Origin: a bacterium
GTDB taxonomy: Bacteria > SZUA-182 > DTGQ01
DNA length: 35,506 bases
Direction: 5' to 3'
NCBI GenBank assembly: GCA_040752695.1
Contig: JBFMGO010000039.1
Span: forward strand, 1-35,506
Every line of letters begins with the position of its first letter. Position 1 is the first letter of the stretch. The notes beneath the pieces were generated by a model that saw nothing but the letters and a program-made list of their open reading frames with translations, ran no database searches and was not told the origin of the DNA. Positions 18,674 to 27,539 of this stretch are shown in pieces. A program made the position numbers and the translations under genes.

Positions 18674-20266
18674 ATGCATAACCATACAGTTAAGGCCGTG
18701 ATGACCTGGGCCTTGCCATCTGTAGCTCTTTTGGGCATGGCTTTTTCAGGGTGTGCCACTTTGCCGCGTCCCCCAAAGGCACCAAAGGCCGGCGCTGCCG
18801 CTTCCCCTGCCCTATCCCCTGCTCCGCCCCCTGCCCTGCCCCGGCCCACGGCCGCTGCCGCTGCTGCCCAGCCTGCTTCCGCTGCCGTCGCCCCTGTCCA
18901 GCCTGCTTCCGCTACCCCTGCCCAGCCTGCTGCCCCTGACAATCCCGTTGCTCCGCCCCAGCCTTCTGCTCCTGACAATCCCTCGTTCCAGCCCGCTGCC
19001 GCACCTTTGACCCTGACCGAGTGCATTAAAAAAGCTCTTGAACAAAGCCCCGCAAACCGGACGGTCCAACAGGGCCTCATTGCAGCCGGAGAGAGGGTGG
19101 GAGAAGCGACTGCACCCTATTATCCGGAAATTGACCTGAACGCAGGATATGGGCGATGGCAAAAGTACGCCTTTTTACCCAGCGGTATTTCCCGTCCGGG
19201 GATGCCCAAGATCATTGGCCCCACCGACGACTGGCTTACCGGGCTCAGGGCCAGGCTTTTACTCTTCGACAGCGGGGAGCGCAAAGCGCGCCGAACCGCT
19301 GCCATGACCAGGCATTGGGCTGCAAAAGAGGATGCACAAAGGGTCCGTCAGGATATCGTCCTTTCTGTCCACCATGCCTATTACGGCCTTAAGTCTGCTC
19401 AGGAAGCCCGATCGATTGCCGGGAAGAGCCTGGCCAGGGCCGAGGACCACCTTCGGCTGGCCACGGAAAGAAAGGATGCGGGCACGGTTCCCAAGATGGA
19501 TGTGATCAGGGCTAAGGCCGAGGTTGCTCAGGCCAGACTGGCTCTGGTCAGGGCCGAGAGTCTGATCCGCGTAGCCAAGGGAAAACTCAATGTGGCCATG
19601 GGGTCGCCTGTCGAGACATGGATAGAAATTGCGGATCAGCCTGAGGAAGCAGCCGGTGGCCTCAGTGAAATCGATATCCCAGCCGGTACGCCAAGCGAAA
19701 TCGATATCGATAATGCCCTTGAGCAGGCAGTCAAGACGCGGCCTGCACTGAAGGCTGCCCTCTTGCGCACTGCTGCGGCCCAGAGTGAAATCGATGCAGC
19801 TAAAAGCACCTTTGGCCCTAAGATACTGGCTGAAGGCGGATATGGCTGGCGCGGCCCGGACTTCTTTCCTGATGACGAGGAGTGGTCAGTGGGGGCTTCT
19901 GTCGGCTGGCAGATCTTCTCCGGTTTTTCAGGAAGACACAGGCTGTCCAGGACAAAGGCCGAACTCTCGAAAGAGGAAGCCGAAGTTTCGCGGCTTGTCC
20001 TTGAAGTGCAGCAGGAGGTGTGGTCTTCCTATTCGAAGCTAAAGGAAACCTATGAGGCCATCCAGACAGCCGTGGCTCTGGTCCAGGATGCCCAGGAGGG
20101 TTTGAGACTGGCCCGCGAGCGCTACGAAGCAGGAAGCGGGCCCATAAGCGACCTTCTCGATACCCAGACCGCACTTGACCGGGCTGAGGCCGCACGACTG
20201 GAAGCCCAATGGGATTACCTCCTGGCCAGAGCGTCATTCCTGCACTCTATCGGGAATCTGGACTAG
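18674..20266 (+). CDS. TolC-family outer-membrane efflux lipoprotein with a Pro/Ala-rich N-terminal linker
   Basis: AAGGAGG RBS; lipobox FSG-C; LTLTECIKKALEQSP, YYPEIDL, ERYEAGSG..SDLLDTQ outer-membrane factor motifs. Confidence 0.92.
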   Translation: MHNHTVKAVMTWALPSVALLGMAFSGCATLPRPPKAPKAGAAASPALSPAPPPALPRPTAAAAAAQPASAAVAPVQPASATPAQPAAPDNPVAPPQPSAPDNPSFQPAAAPLTLTECIKKALEQSPANRTVQQGLIAAGERVGEATAPYYPEIDLNAGYGRWQKYAFLPSGISRPGMPKIIGPTDDWLTGLRARLLLFDSGERKARRTAAMTRHWAAKEDAQRVRQDIVLSVHHAYYGLKSAQEARSIAGKSLARAEDHLRLATERKDAGTVPKMDVIRAKAEVAQARLALVRAESLIRVAKGKLNVAMGSPVETWIEIADQPEEAAGGLSEIDIPAGTPSEIDIDNALEQAVKTRPALKAALLRTAAAQSEIDAAKSTFGPKILAEGGYGWRGPDFFPDDEEWSVGASVGWQIFSGFSGRHRLSRTKAELSKEEAEVSRLVLEVQQEVWSSYSKLKETYEAIQTAVALVQDAQEGLRLARERYEAGSGPISDLLDTQTALDRAEAARLEAQWDYLLARASFLHSIGNLD

Positions 20267-20382
20267 TGCACTGTCAAGCCCTCGTTGATGTATCAAGTAA
20301 TGACTGTCGGAACCACCCCACGTCATTCCCGCGAAGGCGGGAATCCAGTTGCCCATCAATATTCGATTGACAGTGCACTAGT
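20262..20382. mobile_element. 121-bp MITE-like element carrying a REP hairpin
   Basis: Perfect 16-bp inverted ends ACTAGTGCACTGTCAA (20262-20277) and TTGACAGTGCACTAGT (20367-20382); internal GTCATTCCCGCGAAGGCGGGAATCCAG at 20322-20348. Confidence 0.75.
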
Positions 20383-20972
20383 GGATCTTCACACTTGAAA
20401 TTGTGGGGACAAGCGTTTAAATGAGGGACAAAAACAACCTCTCTCCTTCACAAATTCAGCCGTGAAGACCCACTAGTCAAGAAAGCCGGATAAATGGCAG
20501 CCATGGCAGGGAGCCCCTTTTGACAGACTCTTCCTGCAACCGTCCGGATATTTACCGTGACCTGTGCCGAGCCAACAATCAAATACTTCTCACAACCAGC
20601 CAAATATTTTTCACAATCGGCGATTTTAAGGAAATTCCTGACAAGACCAGAGTAGGCATAAAAGCGAGGTTCATCCGAATATACTTCCATCAGGAATTAC
20701 CAGCGGTGGGTAGTAACCAATAACCAGCGGTGGAGAATAACCGGACCGCCTGTTATGGCAGTCCGTACTGAAAAACCTATCCCAAAACCATAGCCACACA
20801 CGGGAGGGCAAGGAGTCAGGCCCTTGCGCCCATGAGCGCCAGGAAAAGAGTGCCTTACGGTCACTCTTCACGGTAAAAGGCTTGGGGGATAGACTCTTAA
20901 GTTTTCGTAACCGCGATAAAAACAAGGGGACAATAGGTACCTAATTGTAATGATAGAGCAAAGGAGAAAGAG

Positions 20973-21386
20973 ATGGCCTCAGCTAAGCTTATGGAAATGT
21001 TGAACCAAGCCATTGCAAGAGAACTGGCGGTAAGTATCCAGTACATGTGGCAGCATGTTCAGGAAAAAGGTATCAGCGGAGAAACTCTCAAGGATCAATT
21101 GAGAAAAATTTCCATCGTGGAGATGAAACATGCCGAAGCTATTGCCGATCGATTGAATTATCTGGGTGGAACCCCTACTACGCAGCCAGAGCCAATCAAA
21201 GTTGGTAATACGGTTCATGAAATGATTCAAATTGATAAAAAACTGGAAGAAGATGCGATCAAACATTACAGGGCGATCATAGAGCTTGCTGATCATGAAA
21301 ATGATCCTGTTACCCGCCGGTTGTTTGAATCGATTCTGGCTCAAGAAGAAGAGCACCATGACTTTTTTTCCAGAGTTCTGGAATAA
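20973..21386 (+). CDS. Short bacterioferritin/ferritin-like di-iron protein
   Basis: AAGGAG RBS; ferroxidase ligands ARE, QY, EMKH, LEE...Y, EEEH; 137 aa, apparently lacking the C-terminal E helix. Confidence 0.9.
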   Translation: MASAKLMEMLNQAIARELAVSIQYMWQHVQEKGISGETLKDQLRKISIVEMKHAEAIADRLNYLGGTPTTQPEPIKVGNTVHEMIQIDKKLEEDAIKHYRAIIELADHENDPVTRRLFESILAQEEEHHDFFSRVLE

Positions 21387-21661
21387 AAATCCCTGAGGAG
21401 ATCAGGATCACCCCCCTGCTCTCCTCGTTTCCCTTTCCTTGCACTTTGCCTCTCTAAGACCAGCTATAAATAAAGAATGGAAATCTTTAGCCGATCTATA
21501 TATAATACATAACAATGAGATTGTGAGCCGTAAAATGCCGGGTGGCGGGTTGCCGGATGCTTGATGCCGGATGCAGGATGGCCTGACCCGAAACTCATAA
21601 TCGACAAAGAGAGATAAGACTATTTTCCTAACGGGACGAATAAGGGGTCGGAGCTTTTCTT

Positions 21662-21871
21662 ATGTCCATGCAATCAATTATTCTGGCTGTCATTGCTCTT
21701 TTATCATTTCCTATAGGTTTGATTGTAGGAATTTTTGTGGGAGTTTTAGTACAGGATCTCCGCGAGATTAACAAACGTTTGCCGGTAAGACAAGAAACAT
21801 TCTCTCATTCTTCCTGTATCTCGAATCAGGACGAGTATGACGGGCTGCAGCTCTTCAGTGATGATCGGTAA
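21662..21871 (+). CDS. Small single-TM hypothetical protein
   Basis: GGAG RBS; hydrophobic first 30 aa followed by a polar tail; co-oriented with its neighbours. Confidence 0.5.
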   Translation: MSMQSIILAVIALLSFPIGLIVGIFVGVLVQDLREINKRLPVRQETFSHSSCISNQDEYDGLQLFSDDR

Positions 21872-21919
21872 GGGAAAGATCTGAACGTGAAGGGGAAGAC
21901 CTGAACGAAGAGGACATCA

Positions 21920-22576
21920 ATGCGTCGAACTATTATTGGTGTTATGGGATCGAGCCGGGAAAGGTATGAGGATCTGGCTTTCCCCCTTGGAAAGTGGCTG
22001 GGCCAGCATGGATACCATCTTCTTACCGGCGGTGGGCAGGGCGTGATGGCGGCAGTCTCGGAGGCGTTCTTCTTTGTTTCAGACCGGAAAGGGGCAGTCA
22101 TCGGCATCATTCCGGCTCAAGAGAGCGTCTTTCCAACTCAAGAGAGCATCACTCCGGCTCAAGAGGGCATCATTCCTGCTCAAGCGCCTGATCGGGAGAT
22201 ATCAGGCGGCGATCAAAGCAGGCGAAATATCGATCAAGATAGAGAGGGCCGAGCCAATTTCCGGGTAAAGCCGGGGTATCCCAATGAATGGGTGGAGATT
22301 CCCATTATCACTCATCTTCCCTTAAGTGGAACTCAAGGAAAAAGAGCTTTAAGCCGCAACCATATCAACGTCTTGACCTCCAGGATAATTGTTGCCTTGC
22401 CTGGAGGGCCAGGGACCATCTCCGAGATCGAGCTCGCTCTGGAGTATCGAAAACCTCTGCTGATCTTTGATCCCTATGCCATAATACCGGATTACTCAAA
22501 AGAGGGAGCAATCCATCTGAAGACATTTGCCGAAGTGATTTCCCATCTCGGCAATTATCCTGCAATCAACTCATAA
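21920..22576 (+). CDS. LOG-family Rossmann-fold protein (molybdenum cofactor carrier-like)
   Basis: IIGVMGS, LLTGGGQGVM, GIIP, SRNHINVLTS and LPGGPGTISE (PGGxGTxxE). Confidence 0.88.
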   Translation: MRRTIIGVMGSSRERYEDLAFPLGKWLGQHGYHLLTGGGQGVMAAVSEAFFFVSDRKGAVIGIIPAQESVFPTQESITPAQEGIIPAQAPDREISGGDQSRRNIDQDREGRANFRVKPGYPNEWVEIPIITHLPLSGTQGKRALSRNHINVLTSRIIVALPGGPGTISEIELALEYRKPLLIFDPYAIIPDYSKEGAIHLKTFAEVISHLGNYPAINS

Positions 22577-22675
22577 GTGATGTACTTACGACACAGTGCG
22601 CTCAATACGCGACCGGTTTTGCCTATAAAAGCAGATACAAAAAGCAAATACAAATTGTTAGATATATTTTGTATT

Positions 22676-25600
22676 TCAGGTATGTCCGGTAAGTTCCTTC
22701 GCAGCTCGAAGCAGATCGATCAGGGCAAGGGGTTTTGGGATAAACGGGTATCCCCTTTCCTGTATGGTTGCCCACTGTGATTTTTGGTCAGGGTAGCCAC
22801 TGATCAACAGAATCCTGATGTCCGATCTGGCAGCGCGAAGCCGCTCGATGAGTTCGAGACCGGTTTTGCCGGGCAGGACCACGTCACTGATGACCAGGTG
22901 AAAGTTCCCCTTTTCCTGCTCGAAAATATTCAGCGCCTCTTCCGCATCAGCAGCCTGGATGGCGGTATAGCCGTTTTCATTCAGCGTTCTTTTGATGAAT
23001 GATCGGACACTCTCTTCATCTTCGACCAGAAGGATTCGCTCCCCGTTTCCCTGAAAATCTTTTAAGGAAACTGTTTCTCTGGCTTTCGTTTTCAGCCTGA
23101 CGGGAAAGGAAGGCAGGTAGACGGCAAAGGTCGAACCCTGGCCGGGCTCACTGTGAACGGTAATCCACCCTTCATGCTGCTTGATAATGCCATAGACCAC
23201 AGCTAAACCGAGGCCGCTTCCTTTTCCAGCCCCTTTGGTGGTAAAAAAGGGCTCGAAGATACGGTCAGCGGTCTCCTTATTCATGCCGCATCCCGTATCT
23301 GCAATGGTCATACGGACAAAATGACCGGGCTGTGCTCCGGGGGTCAGCCTGGCCTGGGCTTCGTCCAGTATTACATTTTCAGTTCTGATGGTGAGAGTAC
23401 CCCCTTTGGGCATTGCATCTCTGGCATTGACTGCCAGGTTCATAATTACCTGCTCGATATTGCCTTCGTCAGCCCTGATCGCCCAAAGATCCGGCTCAAG
23501 TCCTGTGCGGATGGTAATATCCTCTCCGATGAGGCGGTGAAGCATCTTGAGCAAATCATCAACCGTACCATTGAGGTCAAAAGGAGTGGGTTTGATGGGC
23601 TGCTTGCGGCTGAAAAGAAGCAATTGCCGGGTGAGATTGGCGGCCCGGCTGGCAGCCGTATGTACCTGGTTGAGATCGTTGAACGCTGGATCTGATTCAT
23701 TTATTCCCATCATGGCCATAGTAGTGTACCCTTGAATCGTGGTCAGAAGGTTATTGAAGTCATGGGCAACTCCTCCGGCAAGAATACCTATGGCTTCCAT
23801 CTTCTGTGCCTGAAGGAACTGTGCCTGGATTTTCCCCTTCTCTTCCTCCGCCAGTTTGCGCCCGGTAATGTCCATTGAGTAGCCGATCATACCGATTGCG
23901 TTTCCATCATTATCTCTCAGGACCGAAAGTGAAAGATGAACGTAGATATCTTTCCCTGTCTTACTTCTATGCCTTACCTCCACCTCGTGGTTTCCCTTTT
24001 CCAAAAGAGGCGTGAGCACATGATGTTTAAAAAAGTCCTGCTCATCTTCCGGATAGATAAATGATATATGTTTCCCCAGAGCCTCTTCCTCTTTGTAGCC
24101 GTGCAGTCTTTCCGCTCCTTTGTTCCAACTGGTCACATATCCGTCCATATCCGTAGAGACCACCGAGTCGTGGATCTGATCGATTATCTGTGCCTGTTTC
24201 CTGAGCGCTTCTCCCGCCTGCTTGCGCTCGGTAACGTCGGTTACCAGGGCTAATACTCCGACAAACCTGCCTTCGTCATCGATCACCGGCGAAACCCCAA
24301 GGCTGGTATAGAGCCATGATCCATCTTTGCGCAGGAATCTGAATTCTATGCATTCCCTGCTCCCCCGCTTGCAGAGGCCAAAATAGTATTTGGCCTTCTT
24401 CTGATCACACTCACCTACGAGCGAGCAGGATCGTTTCCCGACCAGCTCATTCACCGTGTACCCGATCATTTCGGCCATACGTGGATTGACGAAGGTAATC
24501 CTTGCTTCTTTATCGACGGTACAAATACCCTCTTGTGCATTCTCGACAATCAGCCGGTATTTCGCTTCACTCTCCCTGAGTGCATCCGCAGCCTGTCTGA
24601 CTTCCGTAATATCCTGGGCAAAACCGACCATTCTGACCGGATTGCCATCAGCATCGGTTAAAACCTCTCCTCTCCCTTGAAGTACGCGAAGCGACCCATC
24701 GGGACGGATAACCCGGTGCTCAAAATCGAAAGGCTCCAGGGTCCGGCAGGCATTTTCGAACAAGCTTCTCAAAGAGGTCTGATCATCAGGGGGGACAAGG
24801 TTCATCGGGCCATCTTCAAATGAGAATGATTCACCGGCGCTGATGCCGAAAATCTTACAGAGCTCATCAGACCAGGTCACTTTACCCGTAGCCAGGTCCC
24901 GTTCCCAACTGCCCACATGGGCAAGCCTTTGTGCCTCGGCCATTTGGGCACGGCTTTTCCTCAATTCTTCCTCTATTCTCCTGCGCTCGACAATCTCCAG
25001 GGAGAGCCGCTCATTGGCAGCAGTTAATTCATGGGTGCGCTCTGCTACCAGCTCTTCGAGGTGTTGACGGTACTTTTTTAATTCTTCCTCTGCCTGTTTG
25101 CGCTCGGTTATATCCATAATGGAAGCCATTGAGCAGATTATTTTACCATCCCGGTCGGTAACCCTGTGTACTGAAAGCAGAACGTCAAATGGTGATCCAT
25201 CCTTTCTTCTGGCTTTCAATTCACCTGTCCAGCCTCCTTTGGTGTTAACTGTTTTTATCGCTTCCGATGCAGCGCTTTTATCATACCAAAACTGAATGAC
25301 CGGCTTTCCCAGGATTTCCTGACCGTTCTCGTATCCCCACATTTTAAGGCAGGAACTATTCATATAGGTCATCTTATCTTCAAGGTCGGAAAAGGCAACG
25401 CCGATAATGGATGTGGCTATGGCACTGTCTTTTACCCTCAATGCATTCTCTGCCTGCTCCTGCTCGGTTATATCTTTGAGTGTGCCGATCATGCCGATAG
25501 GATTGCCTGCCTCATCCCGAAGCAGCGAATTTTGCATCAGTGCAGGGAAGACGGTGCCGTTTTTCCTGACATGCCAGATTTTCGCGTTGGATACTCCTTC

Positions 25601-27010
25601 TTCTTTGATCTGCCTGAGATCTGCTTCCACAGATGGCAACTGCTCCGGAGTATGAAAAACAGACAGGTGCCTGCCTCCAAGTTCCTCCGGAGTATACCCA
25701 TGCATGGCTGCAAAGGCGTCGTTCACAAACAGCAGGTTGCCATCCATATCAATCACAGCCATGCCTTCGGCACTTTGCTTTACCAGGGACGAGAGAAGCA
25801 GCAGGTGCTGCTCTGTCCGCTTGCGGTCAGTGATATCGTAGAAGGTCCCCTGGACTGCTACCGGCGTTCCGGAATCATCACAAATGTTCTGACAGGTTTC
25901 CAGAACCCAGCGGGCCTGCCCGTTTTTGCGTATGATCCGGTATTCACGCTCGGCAGCGTAACGCGGGATAGTGCGGATTTTTTCCGAACCCTGATAAAAC
26001 CGGGCCAGGTCATCCGGATGAACCACCTGATCCCACCGTATTTTCCCGCTCGTAAATTCATCCTCCGTATAACCGGTTATGGTTTCAACTGCACCATGGA
26101 TAAACAGGGGTCTGAAGTTCATGTCTCCCCGGTAGGCTATCCCCTGGAAGTTCCGGACGAATGAGCTGTACCGCTCTTCGCTCTCTTGCAGGGCCTCTCG
26201 TGCACTCCTGGCCCCTGCCCTTTCAGTGCTTACCCATTTCCCATCCTGCTTGACAAGAAGAGCGTATTGATGACAACTGATGATATCCAAAACTTCCGAT
26301 GCTCCGTACTTTTGGAGAGAATAGGAGCACATGGCAATTATCCGGTGTCTGCTGATAAGATTATTTATGCCTGCCTCATACTCGATACCGTTCTGCCGAT
26401 CCTTTTGATGAGGGCAGGAAAAATTCGCCGAAACCCGAAGGCCGGCAAACCCCCCTGCCAAAGCCTGCTTTTCCTGTTCGATCAAACGCTGGGACAGGCT
26501 GGCGGGATCGTCGAATCCACCGCCTGATCTTGTGTACCATTGATCGAAGTCCAGTAACTTTATCTGCCCCTTTTTCAGATAATCATCTAATTTTACTTGC
26601 CTGAGAATTAGCCTGGCCTCTTTGATTGAAAGGGGCTCTGACGTAATCCACAGGCAAAATTCATTATGGGTTAATCCTTCTCTAAAATAAAACGCGAGAA
26701 CTTCGGTGAACTCTTCTTTGGTTTGATAGAACTGGCATAGATGCGTACCCCACGAGAGTTTGCGGATAGAATCAAGTGCCAGGCTTTTCATTTTCTCGTC
26801 TTCTCTGCTTCGTGATCTGTACTCTGATAACTCTGCAAATATAGGGTGCACCATATGAATTAAAAAATGTATGATACTTTTCCTCTGATAAGCTTTTTTC
26901 AACTGCCTGTGTTCAGTCTCAGCAGATTTCCACTTGTCCATCTCTTGGTATAATCCTGCCTTTTTCCCTCTACGTCCCTCTTCGGAATTTCCTTTATCTT
27001 TCATCATCAC
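22676..27010 (-). CDS. Cytoplasmic hybrid histidine kinase: MEDS, six PAS/PAC, HisKA, HATPase, REC
   Basis: MEDS GTHLCQFY...FREGL...GLRVSA...MCSY; six PAS units ending in DIT/DVT; LAGGVAHDFNNLL; FEPFFTTK; GSGLGL; receiver LVEDE...ISDVVLP...KP. The start may be ATG 26791. Confidence 0.95.
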   Translation of the reverse strand: MMMKDKGNSEEGRRGKKAGLYQEMDKWKSAETEHRQLKKAYQRKSIIHFLIHMVHPIFAELSEYRSRSREDEKMKSLALDSIRKLSWGTHLCQFYQTKEEFTEVLAFYFREGLTHNEFCLWITSEPLSIKEARLILRQVKLDDYLKKGQIKLLDFDQWYTRSGGGFDDPASLSQRLIEQEKQALAGGFAGLRVSANFSCPHQKDRQNGIEYEAGINNLISRHRIIAMCSYSLQKYGASEVLDIISCHQYALLVKQDGKWVSTERAGARSAREALQESEERYSSFVRNFQGIAYRGDMNFRPLFIHGAVETITGYTEDEFTSGKIRWDQVVHPDDLARFYQGSEKIRTIPRYAAEREYRIIRKNGQARWVLETCQNICDDSGTPVAVQGTFYDITDRKRTEQHLLLLSSLVKQSAEGMAVIDMDGNLLFVNDAFAAMHGYTPEELGGRHLSVFHTPEQLPSVEADLRQIKEEGVSNAKIWHVRKNGTVFPALMQNSLLRDEAGNPIGMIGTLKDITEQEQAENALRVKDSAIATSIIGVAFSDLEDKMTYMNSSCLKMWGYENGQEILGKPVIQFWYDKSAASEAIKTVNTKGGWTGELKARRKDGSPFDVLLSVHRVTDRDGKIICSMASIMDITERKQAEEELKKYRQHLEELVAERTHELTAANERLSLEIVERRRIEEELRKSRAQMAEAQRLAHVGSWERDLATGKVTWSDELCKIFGISAGESFSFEDGPMNLVPPDDQTSLRSLFENACRTLEPFDFEHRVIRPDGSLRVLQGRGEVLTDADGNPVRMVGFAQDITEVRQAADALRESEAKYRLIVENAQEGICTVDKEARITFVNPRMAEMIGYTVNELVGKRSCSLVGECDQKKAKYYFGLCKRGSRECIEFRFLRKDGSWLYTSLGVSPVIDDEGRFVGVLALVTDVTERKQAGEALRKQAQIIDQIHDSVVSTDMDGYVTSWNKGAERLHGYKEEEALGKHISFIYPEDEQDFFKHHVLTPLLEKGNHEVEVRHRSKTGKDIYVHLSLSVLRDNDGNAIGMIGYSMDITGRKLAEEEKGKIQAQFLQAQKMEAIGILAGGVAHDFNNLLTTIQGYTTMAMMGINESDPAFNDLNQVHTAASRAANLTRQLLLFSRKQPIKPTPFDLNGTVDDLLKMLHRLIGEDITIRTGLEPDLWAIRADEGNIEQVIMNLAVNARDAMPKGGTLTIRTENVILDEAQARLTPGAQPGHFVRMTIADTGCGMNKETADRIFEPFFTTKGAGKGSGLGLAVVYGIIKQHEGWITVHSEPGQGSTFAVYLPSFPVRLKTKARETVSLKDFQGNGERILLVEDEESVRSFIKRTLNENGYTAIQAADAEEALNIFEQEKGNFHLVISDVVLPGKTGLELIERLRAARSDIRILLISGYPDQKSQWATIQERGYPFIPKPLALIDLLRAAKELTGHT

Positions 27011-27393
27011 TTCTTCCTCTTTGGGCTTATCCTGAAAACTCCTGCCACGCTACGAGGATCTGGCAGGCTCTAAGTCCCTTAAGCTCCATATTATGCATGA
27101 ACGAGAGATATGATCATGTCTTGAGGGGACCAGGCTCTTTTAGGGAATTTATAGGGGTAACTTCTTTCGGAGAAATTGCGTATTTTACTTATATGGGAAT
27201 CTCTCTATTTATTTTAAATAGATATAAAAAACAATAAAATATTATATACATAGTATACAACAAAAGATTATTTCTGTCTAATTATATATGCACTATCACA
27301 GATTCACCAAAGGTTGGAGCTTCATCCTGCACATACCGAAACAACATTCCTATTGTGTAAAGCAATGTCCTGCAATATAATGAAAAAGTTTGA

Positions 27394-27441
27394 TGAAAAA
27401 GTCCACTGGACGTTTCGTGAAAAAGTCCAGTGGACTTTTGG
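27394..27441. repeat. 24-bp tandem duplication containing the palindrome AAAAGTCCAGTGGACTTTT
   Basis: TGAAAAAGTCCACTGGACGTTTCG followed by TGAAAAAGTCCAGTGGACTTTTGG. Confidence 0.8.
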
Positions 27442-27539
27442 TGAAAAAATTCAAGAAAAAGTTTCGTAAAAGTAATGAAACGGCAAAAGTTAATCTGGAC
27501 CAAAGCTGCAACCATATTTTACATAAAGGAACCTTACCT

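Noticed and set aside
10602..19080. Long antisense ORFs over the efflux operon (for example 10602-11300, 15420-16046, 18421-19080)
   Set aside because: Shadow frames of GC-rich genes that have clear family motifs on the + strand.
25532..26164. 210-aa ORF opposite the MEDS kinase
   Set aside because: Antisense shadow with no recognisable motifs.
27390..27539. Lys-rich N-terminal extension of the DUF389 ORF
   Set aside because: It is the translation of the A-rich tandem palindromic repeat; ATG 27540 fits better.
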